A stretch of 61,747 nt of DNA, the filler included, from Hausera hauseri (lineage: Eukaryota): NCBI GenBank assembly GCA_046269625.1. It is 11 parts of 11 records of this genome, joined end to end, with 100 filler letters (N's around TTAATTAATTAA, not from the genome) between each part and the next. Parts side by side here need not be neighbours in the genome. Positions count along the whole stretch, not along the records: positions 56,880 to 61,747 come from JBJURY010409810.1; 10 more parts are not named here. One strand, given 5' to 3'. The notes under the pieces were generated by a model. The model was given only the letters and a program-made list of their open reading frames with translations. It was not told the DNA's origin and made no database searches. Shown in pieces: positions 61,423-61,747 of the stretch (positions are counted from its first letter, which is position 1; every line of letters begins with the position of its first letter). The position numbers and the translations under genes are program-made.

Positions 61423-61747
61423 TGATTCCTCGCCGAACATCAACGGGCGCGCGAAGCAGAGAGGGATCGCAGTGTGCAGCCAGCGCCAGCAGTGGGAGAG
61501 GGGTCGGCTGCGCGTCAACGATGCGCGTACGATCCCTGTTCGCTTTAGCGTCCGCCAGGCCCTCTATATAAGGAGCGCGCCTAGGCGAGCGAGCTCAATA
61601 CTCCATAGCCTACGGGCCAAACAACAACCGAAGAAGAAAGGAAGAGAAGGAAGATGCAGCAGCAGAAGCAACCGGCAGCGACCTGCCCAACGGAGCCAGC
61701 CAGACGCTTCCATTCCTGGCCTGGGCTCCCAACGTGGGAAGGAAGCA
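61402..61747 (+). mobile_element. PPT and 3' LTR (runs off window)
   Basis: GGGGGGGAG at 61402-61410; CTATATAAGG near 61565. Confidence 0.75.

Overview
Eukaryotic (AT-rich animal, probably invertebrate; 41-43 nt introns seen) pseudo-scaffold made of 11 contigs joined by artificial 100-bp spacers (44 N + TTAATTAATTAA + 44 N), so adjacency across spacers is not biological. Content: a divergent, intronless RNA polymerase II largest subunit (RPB1) with a CTD almost devoid of Ser7; a two-thioredoxin-domain PDI-family gene; several decayed or chained host gene fragments (UQCRC2, NEURL4-like fused in frame to PRIM2, ACSL3/4, PRELI-like, LYST-like); many Ty3/gypsy LTR retrotransposon pieces (one GC-rich copy with intact pol); two DD41D Tc1/mariner copies; and Polinton/Maverick (adintovirus-like) pieces on four contigs (protease plus terminal repeat, pPolB, integrase, ATPase, membrane-active protein, dUTPase). 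Most notable: (1) a 1576-bp insert resembling the 5' part of a negative-strand RNA virus L gene sitting inside a gypsy gag with TG...CA ends and a 5-bp target-site duplication that is confirmed by an empty paralogous site in the same window; (2) LTR-element 3' ends whose env position holds non-env cargo: an FnIII/WSxWS cytokine-receptor-like membrane protein plus a dead ISG20/REXO4-like exonuclease in one, a RING finger in another; (3) a TATA-binding-protein-like gene in the Polinton. All protein assignments are by-eye motif recognition, no searches were run.
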